From Candidatus Cybelea sp. (GTDB lineage: Bacteria > Vulcanimicrobiota > Vulcanimicrobiia > Vulcanimicrobiales > Vulcanimicrobiaceae), in NCBI GenBank assembly GCA_036522095.1, contig DATDGN010000082.1, positions 1-57,484 of the forward strand: 57,484 bases of DNA, written 5' to 3'. Below the pieces are notes generated by a model. It was not told where the DNA came from. It saw nothing but the letters and a program-made list of their open reading frames with translations, and searched no databases. The translations under genes were made by a program, and so were the position numbers. Within the stretch, counting starts at the first letter, position 1; each line of letters opens with the position of its first letter. Positions 57,300-57,484 of this stretch are shown in pieces.

Positions 57300-57430
57300 A
57301 CGCCATCGAAGGTACCCAGAGCGCGGTCGGTTTCAAGCGACGGCCTGCCTGCCCTAAGACGCTGGAACTGACGGCGCCGCCGCCGAACGTTGCTGCCTGC
57401 TGGTCCGTTGCGCTCCGGAGGAGGCATCGC

Positions 57431-57484
57431 GATGAAAAGCTTGGCTCGCTACGCTGTTAGTATCGGCGCTGCTGTGACACTGCT
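57431..57484 (+). CDS. start of a secreted protein (3' partial, leaves window)
   Basis: The ATG at 57431 follows GGAGGAGG. MKSLARYAVSIGAAVTL is signal-like. Confidence 0.4.

Noticed and set aside
101-57460. Dozens of long alternative-frame and antisense ORFs in the six-frame track, for example 101..499, 5120..7228, 7419..8201, 14110..14808, 17547..19289, 20662..21792, 24391..25797, 26753..28402, 34197..35249 and 55477..56721.
   Set aside because: They are Arg/Ala/Pro/Gly-rich translations typical of off-frame reading of high-GC DNA. They fully overlap genes with strong motif support on the other frame or strand, and I recognise no motifs in them.

Overview
High-GC bacterial chromosomal segment of 57.5 kb, tightly packed, with many 4-nt start/stop overlaps. 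Bases 1-26.1 kb are housekeeping. They hold an Lhr helicase tail, an SBP56 selenium-binding/methanethiol-oxidase homolog and a large BNR-repeat exoprotein. They also hold a class II ribonucleotide reductase (nrdJ) interrupted by two LAGLIDADG inteins and preceded by NrdR boxes. The remaining housekeeping genes are yqeG-aroE, tRNA-Ser(GGA), a histidine phosphatase, an RlmD/RumA-type methyltransferase, gatCAB, mutS2, tyrS, hslO, aroQ, an HU gene cut by an in-frame amber codon, and tRNA-Pro(GGG). From tRNA-Pro to about 54.7 kb the content changes to an accessory-looking block that is almost entirely exported proteins and lipoproteins. Its most striking part is six back-to-back PF04185-type phosphoesterase (phospholipase C / AcpA acid phosphatase-like) lipoprotein paralogs, with a seventh divergent copy 5.6 kb further on. 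The block also carries a LolA-like protein, a Tat lipocalin-like protein, an ICMT-family methyltransferase operon and a DUF4139 protein. Further along are an alpha/beta hydrolase, a translationally coupled DUF899 / 31-aa sORF / ECF-sigma chain, a GloVer-repeat lipoprotein and a triplicated about 340-aa lipoprotein family. A short interspersed element (GTCAYCCTGAGC...GTCGAAGG) is scattered through this block, and one copy sits in frame inside a lipoprotein gene. The window ends with a cNMP-domain thioredoxin-reductase-like flavoprotein that lacks the CxxC motif, coupled to an aldo/keto reductase. I found no rRNA, CRISPR array, transposase or integrase. All functional calls rest on by-eye motif recognition, not on database searches.
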